Below, one piece after another: positions 27,815-41,387 of a DNA stretch of 64,000 bases. Both the position numbers and the translations under genes were made by a program. The stretch spans positions 99,262,001 through 99,326,000 of the forward strand of contig OZ024745.1 in NCBI GenBank assembly GCA_964016885.1, given 5' to 3'. The notes under the pieces were generated by a model. It did no database searches. It saw nothing but the letters and a program-made list of their open reading frames with translations, and was not told where the DNA came from. Source of the stretch: Eledone cirrhosa. Its lineage: Eukaryota. Positions within the stretch are counted from its first letter, which is position 1, and each line of letters begins with the position of its first letter.

Positions 27815-28610
27815 CTTACACTTGTGTTGTGTGAGCATATACGAATATTTGGTTCACTGTGCTGCGTCCAGGGCAAAAACCCCACCGTTCATCAGCAAGC
27901 TTGGACTCAACATTCTCCCTACATCTCTTTGCCAGGCACTTAGCATACACTTTACTGAGGAGGCTTAACGAGGTGATCCCTCTGCAATTGGAAAAATCTC
28001 TCTTGTTTCCCTTTTTGAAAATTGGGATTATCACTCCCGATTGCCATTGCTTAGGTGCCTTTCCAGAGATCCAGGCTACCCGCCACACACGAGTCAGCCA
28101 GCGAATACCTTCTCTATTTAAGGATTTTAACATCTCAGACATGATTTCATCTTCCCCAGCGGCCTGGCCACATTTGAGCCCTTTAACTGCTCTTGTGACC
28201 TCAGCCTCCGATAGATTAGTCAACGCTCCCAGATACACGTTGTGTACATCAGAGGATGCTGTTGTGATTGGGTTTAGGATATCAGCAAAGTATTCTCTCC
28301 ATCTCGCTAGGATGCACCTCTCTGAAGAGAGAACCCCAGACATTCTTGTTAGCATGTGTGGAGAAGGACTTCTTATTACGAAGTCGGCAGATGGTCTGCC
28401 AGAACACTTTATTTGTTGATCTGAAGTCGGATTCCAGCTTAATCCTCAAGTTTCCGATTCTTCGTGCCTGCTTCTACTACATGTGCAAGAAGGAAGACTT
28501 CTAAGCTAAGTTTTCTAGGACTCCTTCTTTGCTCGGATGTCATCTTTGAGCCCGTGATTGAACCAAGGGATCTTCCTCGACGGAATGTGATCTCCGACTT
28601 GTACTTGATA
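27815..28610 (-). mobile_element. RTE LINE fragment (linker to RT start), inverted
   Basis: LARWREYFADILN, AAGEDEI, WQSGVIIPIFKKGNKRDFSNCRGITSLS, WGFCPGRSTVNQIF. Confidence 0.85.
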
Positions 28611-28614
28611 AGTT

Positions 28615-29347
28615 TGATGCTGAGTGCTGCATGGCTGGAATGAAAATCAGTGCTGCAAAAACTCAGATACTAGTTCTCTCTAGGTAGCTTGCGCAGTGCA
28701 CACTACATAAGAATGGAGTTCCACTGAAGCAGGTGGAGAAGTTCAAGTATCTCGGAGCCGTGTTCACGAGTGATGGAATGCTTTTGCCTGAATGAAGTAC
28801 AAGAATCGCAGGAGCTAGTGCTGTAATGTGCCAGCTTGAGAATTCAGTCCTCAGAAGAAGGGAGGTAGGTATAAAAGCCGAACTTGCTATCTTCAATTCG
28901 GTGTTCATGCCAAACCTTTCATATGGTCATGGATCTTGGGTAATGACCAAAAGAATACGATCGCGAATACAAACGACGACCGAAATGGGGTTCCTTTGAA
29001 TCGTTTTTGGAGTAACATTACTTGATAGAGTGTATAGCTCGGGGGTCAGAGAGTTACTCCAAGTAGAACCACTACTTCTCCGAATTGAGAGATCACAGCT
29101 CCATTACTACGGGTATGTGGTTAGAATGTCTCAGGAAAGAATCGCTGGACAGATTTTTATGGGCAAAACCAACTAACTGGAGACCTAGGGGTAGACTCTG
29201 AGTAAGATGTTTGGATAACATTCCCGAGCTTGGTTGGTCTCGCTTGAGGATCCAGCCGGATCAGTGTGAGACAGTTGCTTCTGGAAGGAGTGTTTGAGGA
29301 CTCTGCCCCATGACTCCCACAAAAAATAAGTGAAAGAAGAAGAAGAG
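28615..29347 (+). mobile_element. RTE LINE 3' end with (GAA)n tail
   Basis: LKQVEKFKYLG, LSYGHGSWVMT, EPLLLRIERSQL; tail gaaagaagaagaag. Confidence 0.85.
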
Positions 29348-29469
29348 TTACTGACTTCTACAACCATGTTTTCAATATGTGGCACAAAACAACAATATTA
29401 GGCTGGCTGTGTGTCAATTCGGTGGTAATTTTGATTTTCACTAATATTCCTAGGAGCCATCTATCTCAC

Positions 29470-29635
29470 AATATATTCATCCATTTTTATTCTTGTTTTC
29501 ATTTTCCGTTGTGCATTCCAGATTATTCTGACCACCACACCATGTCCCACGGGAAGGTAGTAACATGAAAACATTCTTTCACAGTTGGCAATAATGTGGC
29601 TAGCACCTTCGATATTTGTTTTGTACAGCCTACAT
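29470..29635 (-). mobile_element. Older R4/Dong zinc-knuckle remnant
   Basis: Minus strand RLYKTNIEGASHIIANCERMFSCYYLPVGHGVV parallels CRLCRTNIEDITLVISSCPKMSSRYYL. Confidence 0.55.
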
Positions 29636-29659
29636 TTATTATTAGTTGTTATATGTATG

Positions 29660-32600
29660 TATGTTCTTCTGGTTTTATAATTTCACAAAGTTTTACCAAT
29701 AGAGAGTCGGTTTCTAACATAGACACAAGACTCTCTCATTGGAATTTACACAACCTCAACTAGGTAGATATGTTTTTATGCATGCATGTGTAGATATGGA
29801 TGTTATTGTATGTGTGGATGTGGATGTTTTGAGTTGTATGTGTGCATGTGTATATGCTTTGCATCTGAACATGTGTATATGCAGTTATTAGATGCAAAAT
29901 TTTTGGAATGTTTTACATATTTTTACTGTTCCATTATTGGATTGTACTTGTAATTTCCTAACTAGTTGTGTTCTTTCTGTTCCTGTGAAGCCTAGCTTCT
30001 CAAGATGTGTATTGAGGCAGTTACTAACATATCCCAGTGCCCCAATAATCACAGGCATAAATCTGAAGGTGTAATCAGGGTGAAGTATCTCCAGATTTCT
30101 CATCAGTTCTGCATACATATTCCTCTTTTCGCTAATCTTTGATATTATATTGGCATCAGCTAATTTCCACTACTGTGCATGCTTTCTTCTCCCTGTCTCA
30201 TATCATAATATCTGGTCTGCTATGCCTGCATTTTATTGGGGTTTTTACTGGAACATTCCACCAGTACTCTTTCATATTATGTACATGGATGTCTTCCACA
30301 TTGCTGTAGCTTTTAATGTGTTTATTATCGGGGCTATCTTTTTTTACGAACTGCATTGTACAGTGTTTTGGCCACTACATCATGCCTCATAAGTAGATAG
30401 TACCGCGATGACATCTTTGGACAGCTGCTGATGACAAGGGTAATATCCTCGATGTTAGTTCTGCAGAGTCTGCACTTGTTATCACATCTAGGTGTTTTGC
30501 CTGCATCCCTATCTCTTTTGTGAATCAGGTATTTTGTGTTAATCTCCTGTTCTTGGATTGCAAAAGCGTATCCTTCAAAGTGGGAGCCAATATAGCGGTT
30601 GTCGGTCCAAGATAGACTACTTTCCTTATCTATATTACTCACACTCTGGAGCTTCCTGGCAACATATCCATGCATGATTTTTTGCTGATAAGTATGTAGT
30701 TTTTCATCAATGGATTCACTGCGATACTGCTGAGTGACTTCCCTGGGTGTGAGTTTTTGATTATCACACAGGGAATATCTCTCGAGGAGTTCCTTCCCAA
30801 CTCTCATGATCTTATCTGTTTCATGCAGATAGACTTGCTCGAGAAACGGGCTCTTACGCTTCGAGGTTAGTAGATGTTGTCGGAGAGATATGATGCGACA
30901 TTCAAATGTTGTCTGGACTGATGTTAGGCCTCTGCCTCCATGCTTACGTTTTAAGTAAAGGCGGTCTATGTCACTGTTGATGTGGAAGTTTCCGGTGTTG
31001 TTTAGTATTTTTAGAGTTCCAACATCAACTGCTCGGATTTCGTCTATCGTCCAATTGAATATTCCAAACGTTGGTGTTAGGACAGGCACAGCAAACACAT
31101 TGTGAGCCACTGTTTTGTTTTGCGCAGAGAGTTCCGATGACCAGATCTTTCTTAACCGGGTGTAGTATTTCCTGGTTACGCGTTCTTTATTACAGATACC
31201 ATTATAGGATACTAGCAGATGTACCCGGCGTTGCTTGGGAAATGAATGACAGCTGATGTTGCGGCAGCATTTCTGTTCAGACGATTTTTGCGTTGTACCC
31301 CATTCTCAGCAACTCGTTTTGCTGCAGTTGCTGTGGCATCCCGTGTTTGGCGACGTAAACGTCGTTCCTCATTCTCAGCAGCTCGTGCTATGTTTTCTGA
31401 CTGACTTATTTCATGATCAATCCTTGCCTTCTTCGTCTGATATTTGGCCGAGTGCCGCCCAATTGAAGGTTTTCTCTTTTTAGGCATTATCTCGCGGAGT
31501 ACCAAACTGTTGTCCTAAGTGGGGAAAATAGCAATAACTTGAGAAGTTTAAACTTAGATGTTATGCATTGAGAACGATAATTTAGAGGTTAGTAATTTAA
31601 ATGGAAGAAGAAAAGGTTTAAAAATAGAAGCACACAATATTCGGAGATTCGCAATGTCAACTTAAATTGAGAGAACTGCTAATGTGCATTTTACGCCCGC
31701 ATTAATGTACGGGGGAGTAGAAAATTTAATCGTTTTAACTCCTGCGAAGCATATAGTATTTATTATTGGCATTAATCTACGGTGGGCGTAAGGCAAATAT
31801 AGATGGTAGTTTGGTAAAATTAACACAAGAATAACATCAACAACGTACCAGAAAGCTTCAAAATACTCGTACAGTTGATCGAGTAACGTCGTGCTATCAA
31901 ACGTATTTCTCACAGGAATATGCACGGTATATGTTCAGTCGTGTTGACTAATGTTAGTTGCGTAGTCCAATTAGAAATCGCGACCTTGAATCGGGCGAAT
32001 TGTTCAAGGTCGTTTATGGCTTAGCTAGCAATTTCTGAGTGCATGTCAGCTTATGTCAGCTAATTGGCTAGCCAATGAGAGGTCGCCTCAATAGCACGTG
32101 CCAAATCGGCCTAGTACTTCAAAAGTTAAAAGGAGCCTAGTATTTTTACACAGACAGATACACGCACAAAATCGATTTTTCGGCCCCAATATGTTTTTGT
32201 CCAAAACCTGCTCTGGCATAAAAGCAACATGTGTGCCAAATTTGGTTGAAATCGGCCTAGTACTTCAAAAGTTAAAAAGGAACCTAGTATTTGTACACAG
32301 ACAGACAGACACACACACAGACCGACTTTCTTTTATATATATAGATGTTCTCATCTATCCCCAGGTATCTGTAGCAGTCCTCATCAGATATCGGTGAAAC
32401 AGTTAGGCCATTGATGACAATGTTGCTAGATTGGGTTGTTGTTTTTCCCCGCTTTACAGTCATGTATGAGCATTTATCTTGGCCAAACTCCATTCCTATA
32501 TCCTTTGAGAACGTTGTAACCAGGTCAAGATTTTTCTTCATCCCATCCATGTTCTTGGCATAGAGTTTCAGATCGTCCACAAAGAAATTATGGGTTAGGT

Positions 32601-34795
32601 TCGTATTTCTGTCCTCGTGTGAGCCAATGATGTATCCCTCACATTTCTTGAGCAGAAAGGACAAGGGGTTTAATGACAAGATGAATAATATCACAGAGAG
32701 ACTGTCTCCCTGAAATATACCCCTGCAATATTTTATTTTATCAGTGAAAATAGAGTCCTCGCTCTCTGTCTTTAACCTTAAGAAGACAGCCTTTCTATGG
32801 CTCTGACAATAATGTCTGGGACTTTAGCAAGTTGGAGGGCCTCTATCATCCAAGAGTGGGGAACAAAATCGAAAGCTTTCCTGTAGTCCAGCCAGACTGT
32901 AGCCATATTCCTCCTAAGTTGTCGCACCTCCGACATCGCAGTTTTGTTGATTAGGAGTTGCTCAGCACATTCCAAAACCTCTTTCTTTCCAGCTGCTTGT
33001 TCATCTGTGATGATGTTATTATTTTCACAGTGATCTTGGAGGAATAGGTTCAGGCAGGCTGTATACATCTTATACACCAGGTTCTGGCATGCAATGGGTC
33101 GGTAGTTTTTTGTTCTTGGGGACCAGTAATGTTTGTGCTAATGTCAACCATTCTGGTATAAGTGTATCTCCCTTAAGAACTTGTTGGTAGAGGTCAGTAA
33201 GATACCTCCGATAGAATATCAGTTTTTTGTACCAGTAGCCGACAATCATGTCTCTTCCTGGTGTTTTCTTATCTTGGAGTTTTCCTATTACAGTCTCAAG
33301 AGTACCCTCACTTATTTCGTATGTTTTTGTTGTAGTGTAGCAGCAATAGTTCTTTCGGATTTCTCTTAGCCACACTGCATCTTGGTTGAAATTCTTCTTT
33401 CCACCCCATATTTTTCTCCAAAAGGAATCTATGTCTTTCTGGGATGGAGCCTCAGTGACACTTATTATTTTGCCCTTCATATCTCTATAGACTGATGTTT
33501 GGTTTCGTCTGAATCTTTTAATAAGCACTTTTCTCTCATCTACCATTCTTCAGGTATCGGCGTTTTTCGCTAACAGCTCTCAATTCTTGTTTGAGGGTGA
33601 TCAGCTTATATTGGAGAGTTCTGGTTCTACTGTTACCAAACATCCTATGGTTTTTCGTAGGCCAGCAATCTTTTTTTCTATTTTAGTTATACATGATGGT
33701 ATTTTTGGTGGTGTTCTGTTCTTGTTAATATCTCTGCTATCACCAAGATAATGTTTCACTGTCGTTGCTAAGGCATATAAACAGGCGTTGATTTGCCAAA
33801 ATGTTGGGGTTTTTATCCGTCGTAAATATTCATCCCCTATTTCATCAATAACACGTAATATTTCATTATTTGGTTTTTTATTAAACATTGTCGTTGTAAT
33901 ACAAGAGATATATTTATACATGAATTAATTTCTCCCTGGAAGATTTCGTTGAGGGAAAATTTCAATTGTTTATACTTTTGATTATTATCATTATCGATAG
34001 TATTTTCCACAATAGTCGAGGTAGACTCGGATGGTACACGTGGTGTCAAATTTCTTCGATTATTATTATTATTTCTTCGATTATTATTATTATTATCGAT
34101 AGTGTTTTCCCCAGCATTCGAGGTAGACTTAGATGGTACACGTGGTGTCAAATTTCTTACAGGCATAGTTGTTTCAAGGCACTGTTCGACCTGGCTGTTA
34201 GGAAGTCTAGTAGCATGGTGACCTGTAGCACGTGTTGTTGATAACATGTTTGTTGTGGGGGACTTACAATTAATAATATTTAGCTTATTTTTACGTTCAA
34301 CAAACGTCACTTGTTGGCGTAATTGTTTCGCTGTGAAATAATTTAGCTCTGGGTGCATTTCGTCCCAGTGTAGCTTCATTCTGTTCATATAGCCAATGGA
34401 GGGATTGTTTTTTGCCATTTTATAACAAATAAATAAATCATTATTAAGTTCGCAACTCCAAGAGAAAATCGATTTATAATTTCGGTTTCTTCTGTAGCTA
34501 CAACTGAATAAAGTTTGTTTACCTTCCTTGTTACTTGTCTTCGGTACTTCCTTAATTTTGTTGTTGATGTTGTGTTCAGCCATGCTGTTTGTAGGAAATC
34601 CTTGTAAAATGAATTATGTATTTAGTCGGATATCTCTACGAATTCGAATAAAAGGTGTCTTCAGAAGATATAGTTAGAAGAATAACCAGTTATTCAACAT
34701 GACTGTAGTTGTGGCATTACTGTCGGAGATAGTATTCATCTTAAATTTAATAAATAGTCTCCCACGCCAAAATATGCGAGTGATCGCGTTGACTG
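29660..34795 (-). mobile_element. Near full-length, frameshifted R4/Dong-clade non-LTR retrotransposon (RT + zinc knuckle + RLE)
   Basis: ORF pieces from 34583 down: WLDYRKAFD, GIFQGDSLS, FFVDDLKLY, YRYLG, CRLC..SSC, RPDIMI, FMPVIIGALG; 3' end runs into (CATA)n; interrupted by a Helitron. Confidence 0.9.
31212..32345 (-). mobile_element. Non-autonomous Helitron (second family) nested in the R4 RT domain
   Basis: Minus strand A|TC tatatatataaaa ... cccaagcaacgccggg hairpin, CTAG|T; excision restores GIDENISYNGICNK; carries an MPKKRK...AENEERRLRR peptide resembling a RepHel N-terminus. Confidence 0.9.
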
Positions 34796-34909
34796 TATGT
34801 TATGTTATGTTATGTTATGTTATGTTATGTTATGTTATGTATGTATGTATGTATGTATGTATGTATGTATGTATGTATGTATGTATGTATGTATGTATGT
34901 ATGTATGTA

Positions 34910-35515
34910 TGTCAGGTCACCAGTTGGTGCTACTGGTAACATGTATCCCAGTACAACCTGTCTCATGGTCGGGTCGTTGGCGACTAAACTGGCAACCCCA
35001 CCAAGGTTTCTTGGTGAGGAGGGCGACTTTGGACATCCTGCAGGACTAAAAACAAAACCTGTCAAGGGGAAAAGGAGCTCTTAAGAGTCAATGGCCATCC
35101 AAAATCACCGGGACAGATGACCCCTTAGCCTTTGTCAAGGCAGAATTCTAGGAGAAGGAAAACTCTGATATAACACCTGCAACTCTGATGGTATCCAATG
35201 ATGTTGACTTGTTCTTCTTTTTGGTAAATATCATCTTGGTTAAGAGAGTGGGACTGGCTTTGTGCAGTGCCTTTGCTCACTATAAAAGCTTCACGGCACA
35301 GGCATTGCTTTGTATCTGGAGATCTCTCTGCACTTGTCATCACATGGTACCATGGGCCCTGCACTATGTGTCAATAATGGTCACAAGTGTAGTCTTTGTA
35401 CCAGAGTTTTCAAGTCGCTGGCTGGACTAAAGTCACATTCGTTCAGCGCATCGGTAGGGGTTCTCCTACATGGATATAAAGTAGTGGCCGTACTCGAACG
35501 AGTTGGCAGCCACCA
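34910..35515 (+). mobile_element. Short RTE-derived non-autonomous element in a (TATG)n tract
   Basis: 3' C2H2-like CSLCTRVFKSLAGLKSH remnant; (TATG)n on both sides; homologues at 10715-11755. Confidence 0.65.
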
Positions 35516-35575
35516 TGTATGTATGTATGTATGTATGTATGTATGTATGTATGTATGTATGTATGTATGTATGTA

Positions 35576-35815
35576 TGTTCTTCTGGTTTTATAATTTCAC
35601 AATTTTTTTCTCAATAGAGAGAGAGTCGGTTTCTAACATAGTCACAAGACTCTCTCATTGGAATTTGCACAACATCAATTAGGTAGATATGTATGCATGT
35701 CTGCATGCATGTGTAGGTATGGATGTTATTGTATGTGTGGATGTGTATGTTTTGAGTTGTATGTGTGCATGTGCATACGCTTTGTATCTGTACATGTGCA
35801 TATGCAGTTATTAGT
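35576..35815 (-). mobile_element. Solo 3' UTR of the R4/Dong element
   Basis: Close match to 29660-29890, again abutting (TATG)n. Confidence 0.85.
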
Positions 35816-38514
35816 TATTATGTATGTATGTGGAATATATGCATTGGCTAACAGTGCAATCTTTTGTTAATTCATAATATATGCAGTTATTAGTTATGTA
35901 TGTATGTATGTATGTGAAATATATGCATTGGTTAACAGTGCAATCTTTTGTTAATTCATAATGTACAGCAGAATATATCTATAGACCTTTAGCCAACAGT
36001 GTATCTAATCAGTTGATGGTTCTTGTATTCTAAAATTGTAATTCTTCGTTGGCTTTTCCCGATCCCTGCAGGCAGATGCTTTTGTCTATAGAAATTGGAA
36101 TTCTCTATCTAATTTTGACATAGTATCAAGGTCATTTCTCATTAGCTTGTGTACAATAATAATGCTCCAAATTATTGTAATATCATTTTAGGTATTATCT
36201 GCAACACGATTTTACCATACTTTCTTTATGTGAGACAAATTGACAAGCAATTAAACTAGTTTCTACACTTTTAAACAGAAGCAGGTTAGTTGACCATTAA
36301 ATCGAGAAGTAGGGGCTAGTTATTGATACAAAGAATTAGCTAAGGTAAAGGTACGCAGGCGAAATATTCTTTGAGTGCTTTTGCTATCGGTTGACAACTA
36401 CCTTGTGAATGGTAGATGGCAACTATGTAGCATCTTATTGTATGTATAGCTAATGACAATTAATGGGTTTCATGGTTTGATAATATACAATAGTTGTATA
36501 GTTAAGAAGTTAGCTTTGTAATTACATGAATTCAGGTTTGATTCCACTGTGTAGTACCTTGAGTAAATGCTTTGTACTATAGCCTCATTTCAACCAAAAG
36601 AATTTGAGAGAATTCTTTTAGAAAAATAAGAAAAAATAATGGAAAAGATATTTAGAAAGAAAGCAAGGGCCTCATCCAACAACAGAAGACCGAAAAACAA
36701 TACTAATAAAACTGAGAAACTAATTAAACAATCGTATATATGAATGTTGTAGTCTACCAAATCTATCCCCATCATTTCACAAATTCTATTAGAGTTTAAA
36801 TTAAATGGAAGACTAATTTACACTACTTATACGATTTCAATGAAGCAGCGTTGTTCTTTTGTCCTGTAGGATTATTAGTTGGACAGACTTTGTAATTGTG
36901 TAAAAGTAATTGTGTTCTAATTAATGGTTTCTGATTTAGGCACAAGGCCAGCAATTTTGGGGGAGGGGAATATCGATCAAATCGATCCCAGTGCATGACT
37001 GATACTTCATCCGTAAAGATGAAAGGCAAAGCTAACCTCGTTGTGCAATCGGTCATCCTTTGAATTTTAATACTGTTTTACATATTTTTAAGGTCCCAGA
37101 TATTGTGGTCAGCTGTAATCTATGAATTAAGGAGCTATGATCTTTTCCCAAGAATCCAAGTTCAGTCATACTTTTGTCAGAATAGCTGGTATATACTCTG
37201 TAGATCCAATAAACTTAGGTATGAAATTCAACATATATTTATTAGTTACTGAATCAGAAAACTCCTCCCCTATGGCTCGCAAATGTTCTGCTTTTCTTGT
37301 ATCCTTTTTGCTACACTAACGTCGAGTGTGCCGCTGTCTTTTACATCAGAGTAATCTGTTGTCTTAAACAATAATATCAGACGGGTTGTGATTTAACTTG
37401 GTTGCAGTTTGGACTGACCTTATGCTCTTGCCTCCATCCCCCTCTTTAACATTGATCATCTTAGTGTCACTGTTAATGTGAAAGCTACAAATGATAGTAT
37501 TCTTTTAGTCTTGATGTTCAAGTTGCGGATCTCAAGAACTCAGTCTAGTATCACAAATGTTATTAAATTTAACATATATCATCATGCACAGAAAAAAGAA
37601 GATAAATATGTTAAACTTGATTACATTTATGCTCAGATAGTTGCAGTGCTCTCATTTAAGTAGGTGACATTATTTAGATATTTTCTTCTCTTAACCCCTC
37701 CCCCCAGTTCCTGGCTCGTTGAAATGCTGAATTATTTTTACTTTTATCATCATTACCCTTTCTAATATTAAAACATGTAGTTGTATCCATACACAATTAG
37801 AAAACCTTTCTTTATCCTCCCTACTTCATTCCCTTACCCTTTGAGCAGCTGCATGAAATATGATATAAGTCTGTAAATTTAAGAAGATTTTGAACTCGAA
37901 TTGTTTTGAAAATGTTCACATTTCTTTCCCGTTTAATATTTTAAATATTATATGCTTTTGAGAAACATTTTTTCGTGAATCATCTATTTCTGGAAATCGA
38001 AACTGCTTAATATTCTGAGATGGAACTAGTTAAAGGAGATTTGGAAATAGATCGATAAATTCAAATGCAAATCCGCTTAGCGTTGCATTATGTTGAAAAC
38101 AGAATTTATTATTGCTGTATTCCCAGGTGAAAATTTCTAGTTAAAAAAAAGGGAAGTTTTGCCATTGATCTTCTCCAGCAATGGAATTATTTTAACTTAA
38201 AAATTATTTCAATAGGTGGTGGCGAGAGAAAAGTTTTGATATTGAACGTTTTGATTTCATTAGTGTGGTAAATATATTTTGTGGAGATAAAGTATTTTAC
38301 ACCTTAACGGAATTCCCAGGGAAATACAGGTACAACTTATTTTTGTCAGCTAAGTGGACTGGAGGATCACGAAATAAAGTATTTTACTCAAAGTGCCGCC
38401 AAGAATTGAACTCGTGACCTTAGGATTGTGAGCCAAACACACTAACCCCAACGGTAAGCGCCTTCGCGGATTAGCAGTAACAGGATAATTTCAATATATT
38501 TGGCTGGACATTAT

Positions 38515-38700
38515 TGGATTGGCAGTATCGGTAGAGAGTCGGACACCATGCTTTCCAACAAAGAGTTACGTCTCTTTACGTTCTGAGTTCAAATCGCACC
38601 GAGGTTAACTTTACTTTACTTTTCATCCTTACGATAAAATAAAGTACTAGTAATACACTGGGATAATTGCCGGCTTTGTGCCAAAAGTAGAAACAATTAT
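38515..38700 (+). mobile_element. Nin-domain SINE
   Basis: Consensus match. Confidence 0.8.
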
Positions 38701-39059
38701 TTAACAGTTTTCTATACTCTGGATCCAAACTCCAACCTATAGACAGAAAAGAAGAACCCAATTTTCCTCCATCTGATTTTCACTGCAACCAATATACTCT
38801 GCACCAGATGCTTCTTCGCAAATTATTTTACCTGAAAATCTAATTTGTTACAGTTGTATAACATTTGTGAACAATGTTAATAAGATTATCAGATTTCACA
38901 GGAATAGGAGAATGTATGTTTTTCAATGATTTAAATAAACGGGTCTGAGAAAAATGTCAAATTGGTGACTGGCACGAATGAGACCACCAAAACACTGCAA
39001 TATGGCCGGAAATAGTAAAGACATCCACACCACATCGTCTTTCGCACGGAATAACAAGA

Positions 39060-40889
39060 GACGCGTTCAGACCTTAGGAAAATATATTGCAGCCTCCACC
39101 CAACGCTGAAAGAACTGGCGATGGGCCTGCAACCTGTCCTGGGAGATGTGGGATGGAAGCAAAACGGTTATGTTTCTCGAAACCCCAGAGAAGGTAGAGA
39201 AAGCCCGGTAGGGAGCAAACCTTGACAATTAGCAACTGGAAAGTTACGAGCCTTATCGGCAAGGAGCAGGCACTGATGGAGAAGGTCAGATGATACCGTT
39301 TAGATATAGCCGGAGTTTCCTCAACAAAGTTCCGTGGCTCTAGTACTGAGCTTTGGATGGAGGATAGAAACTCCACTATTCAGATGTAGCACCAGAAATG
39401 ACTGCACAGACGGGAGAAGGGATATTTACAAACCTCCGGCTGTCAGAATGCGTTATGAACTAGATTCCATTGGGAAGAAATATTTGCCTCTTGAAAGTTA
39501 GACTGAAAGTTAGGTGGGTTGTGCAAGTTTATGTGCCAAACAGAGAGCCCGAATACAGATCCTTCCTTGGTGAAGTCACTGCAGCGTCAGATGCCTTTAT
39601 GACAGAGTAATATATTTTATTGGGAGACTTCATTACACATGTTGGCACTGACTATCTGACATGGAAAAGAGTGATTGGAAGGAACTGCGACCTCGATCTA
39701 AAAATGAAAGGAGAGGCCTTATTAGACTTATATTCTAGTAATGAGCTTTTTATAATAAATACGTTTTTCCAGCACAAAGACATCCATAAATACATTTTGA
39801 ATAAGAGGAATCGGGTACAGAGATCAGTAATTGATTTTGTTATTGTCTCTGATCTCTTCGATTCTGTGCTGGATCTTTCTGTTAAGAGAGGGACTGAGTT
39901 GTCTACTGATCACCATTCAGTTATCTGCAGCTTGAGACAAGCTAAAGCCCAGAAACCCCACAAAACTTGCAGGTCCAGCTTGACCTACAGGATAAAGTGG
40001 GAAGTTTTGGCAAATAAGGAAGTCAGGAACAGGATTGTGGATATATTTGCATTCAAATTCAGAGAACTCTCTGAGTAAACTGAGGACGTTGAAATTGTGT
40101 GGAGATAATTTCTGCTTCAGCTGTTAAATTTTACGGGTGAAAGCGGCTTGGTATGGTACCGGGTTGCAGGAGGAACCCTTGGTTCAATCAAGGGGTCAAG
40201 TTTGCCATCCGAATAAGAAGGAAGCTTATAAAGCTTGGCTTGGAAATAAGTCCTCCTTCGTGCACTTGCGGAACAAATCGGAGCGAAAATTGTAGCAGAG
40301 ATAGTAAAGGCATCTAAAGTTATGACATAGGAGGACTTTAGAGTAAAACTGGAATCCGACTTCAGATCAGCAAAAAAAGTGTTCTGGAAGATCATCCACT
40401 TGCTTCGTAATAAGAAGTCATCCTCCACACTTGCTATCAGAAACGCGTCTGGTGTGTTCCTCTCTTCAGAGAAGTTCATCCACAAGAGATGGAGAGAATA
40501 CATTCCTGATCTCCTAAACCCGACCACCACACCATCTTCTGATGTACATGAGGTACATCTAGATGCGATGACTAACCCCTCGGGGGCTGAAGTCACAAGA
40601 GAAATTAAATAGATGTTGAAAGCCTTAAATAGAGAAAGTATTAATTGCAGGAGCTTGTTAGAATGTCTCAGGAAAGAATCGCTGACTAGAATATCCCAGC
40701 AAAACCAACCGACAGGAGTCCCAGGCGTAGACCCCCGAGCAAGATGGTTGGATAACATCCATGAGCTCGTCTGGCCTCGCTTGGAGATCCAGCCGGATCA
40801 ATTGGAGACGGTTGTTTCTGACAAGACCTGTTAGAAGGAGTGTTTGAGGACTCTGGCTCCATTACTCTCCCAAAAAGAAGAAGAAGAAG
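39060..40889 (+). mobile_element. RTE LINE with APE domain, RT internally deleted, (GAA)n tail
   Basis: LGDF, IINTFFQHKDIHKY, SVIDFVIVS, LSTDHH, KRWREY; jumps at ~40650 to PRARWLDNIHE and the gaagaagaag tail. Confidence 0.85.
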
Positions 40890-41387
40890 TCATTTAGTTT
40901 TGCAAAGCTGAAGCTTTCTAAGTGGAGTGCAGATTGGGTAATCGAGGAATATTTATAGAAACAGAAACACAATTACAATTATCATATCGATTACTTTACA
41001 GAATTTCAATTTCAGTAGCTAAAGTTTCTGATGGCTTCAGTTGTTCTCAAGTAAGGATGAGAAATAGTAGAAAAAATAATTATTTCTTGCGCATGCACGA
41101 ATATTAATGATTTCTAATCCAGGCACAATATCAGCAATATGGGTGAAGTGGGAAGTTGATTAAATCAACCCTAATATTTGACCGGGACCGGGACTTTATT
41201 TTTATCGTCCCTGGAACGATAAACGGCAAAGTTGACTTCGGCGGTATTTGAACTCAGAACATGGAAGAAATAATACTTTGATCTGTGGCATATTGTCTTA
41301 ACATGTTGACAAGTAAAAGTGTTTCAAAAAAGATAACTGGAAACCTGCACAACAATGGATGAATTTTGTTTATTATGTAGTAATATA

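Noticed and set aside
34914-35045. HDV-like ribozyme at the 5' end of the RTE-derived element
   Set aside because: A ccagt/ctaa-actgg pairing is suggestive, but I could not build P1, P3 and P1.1 convincingly
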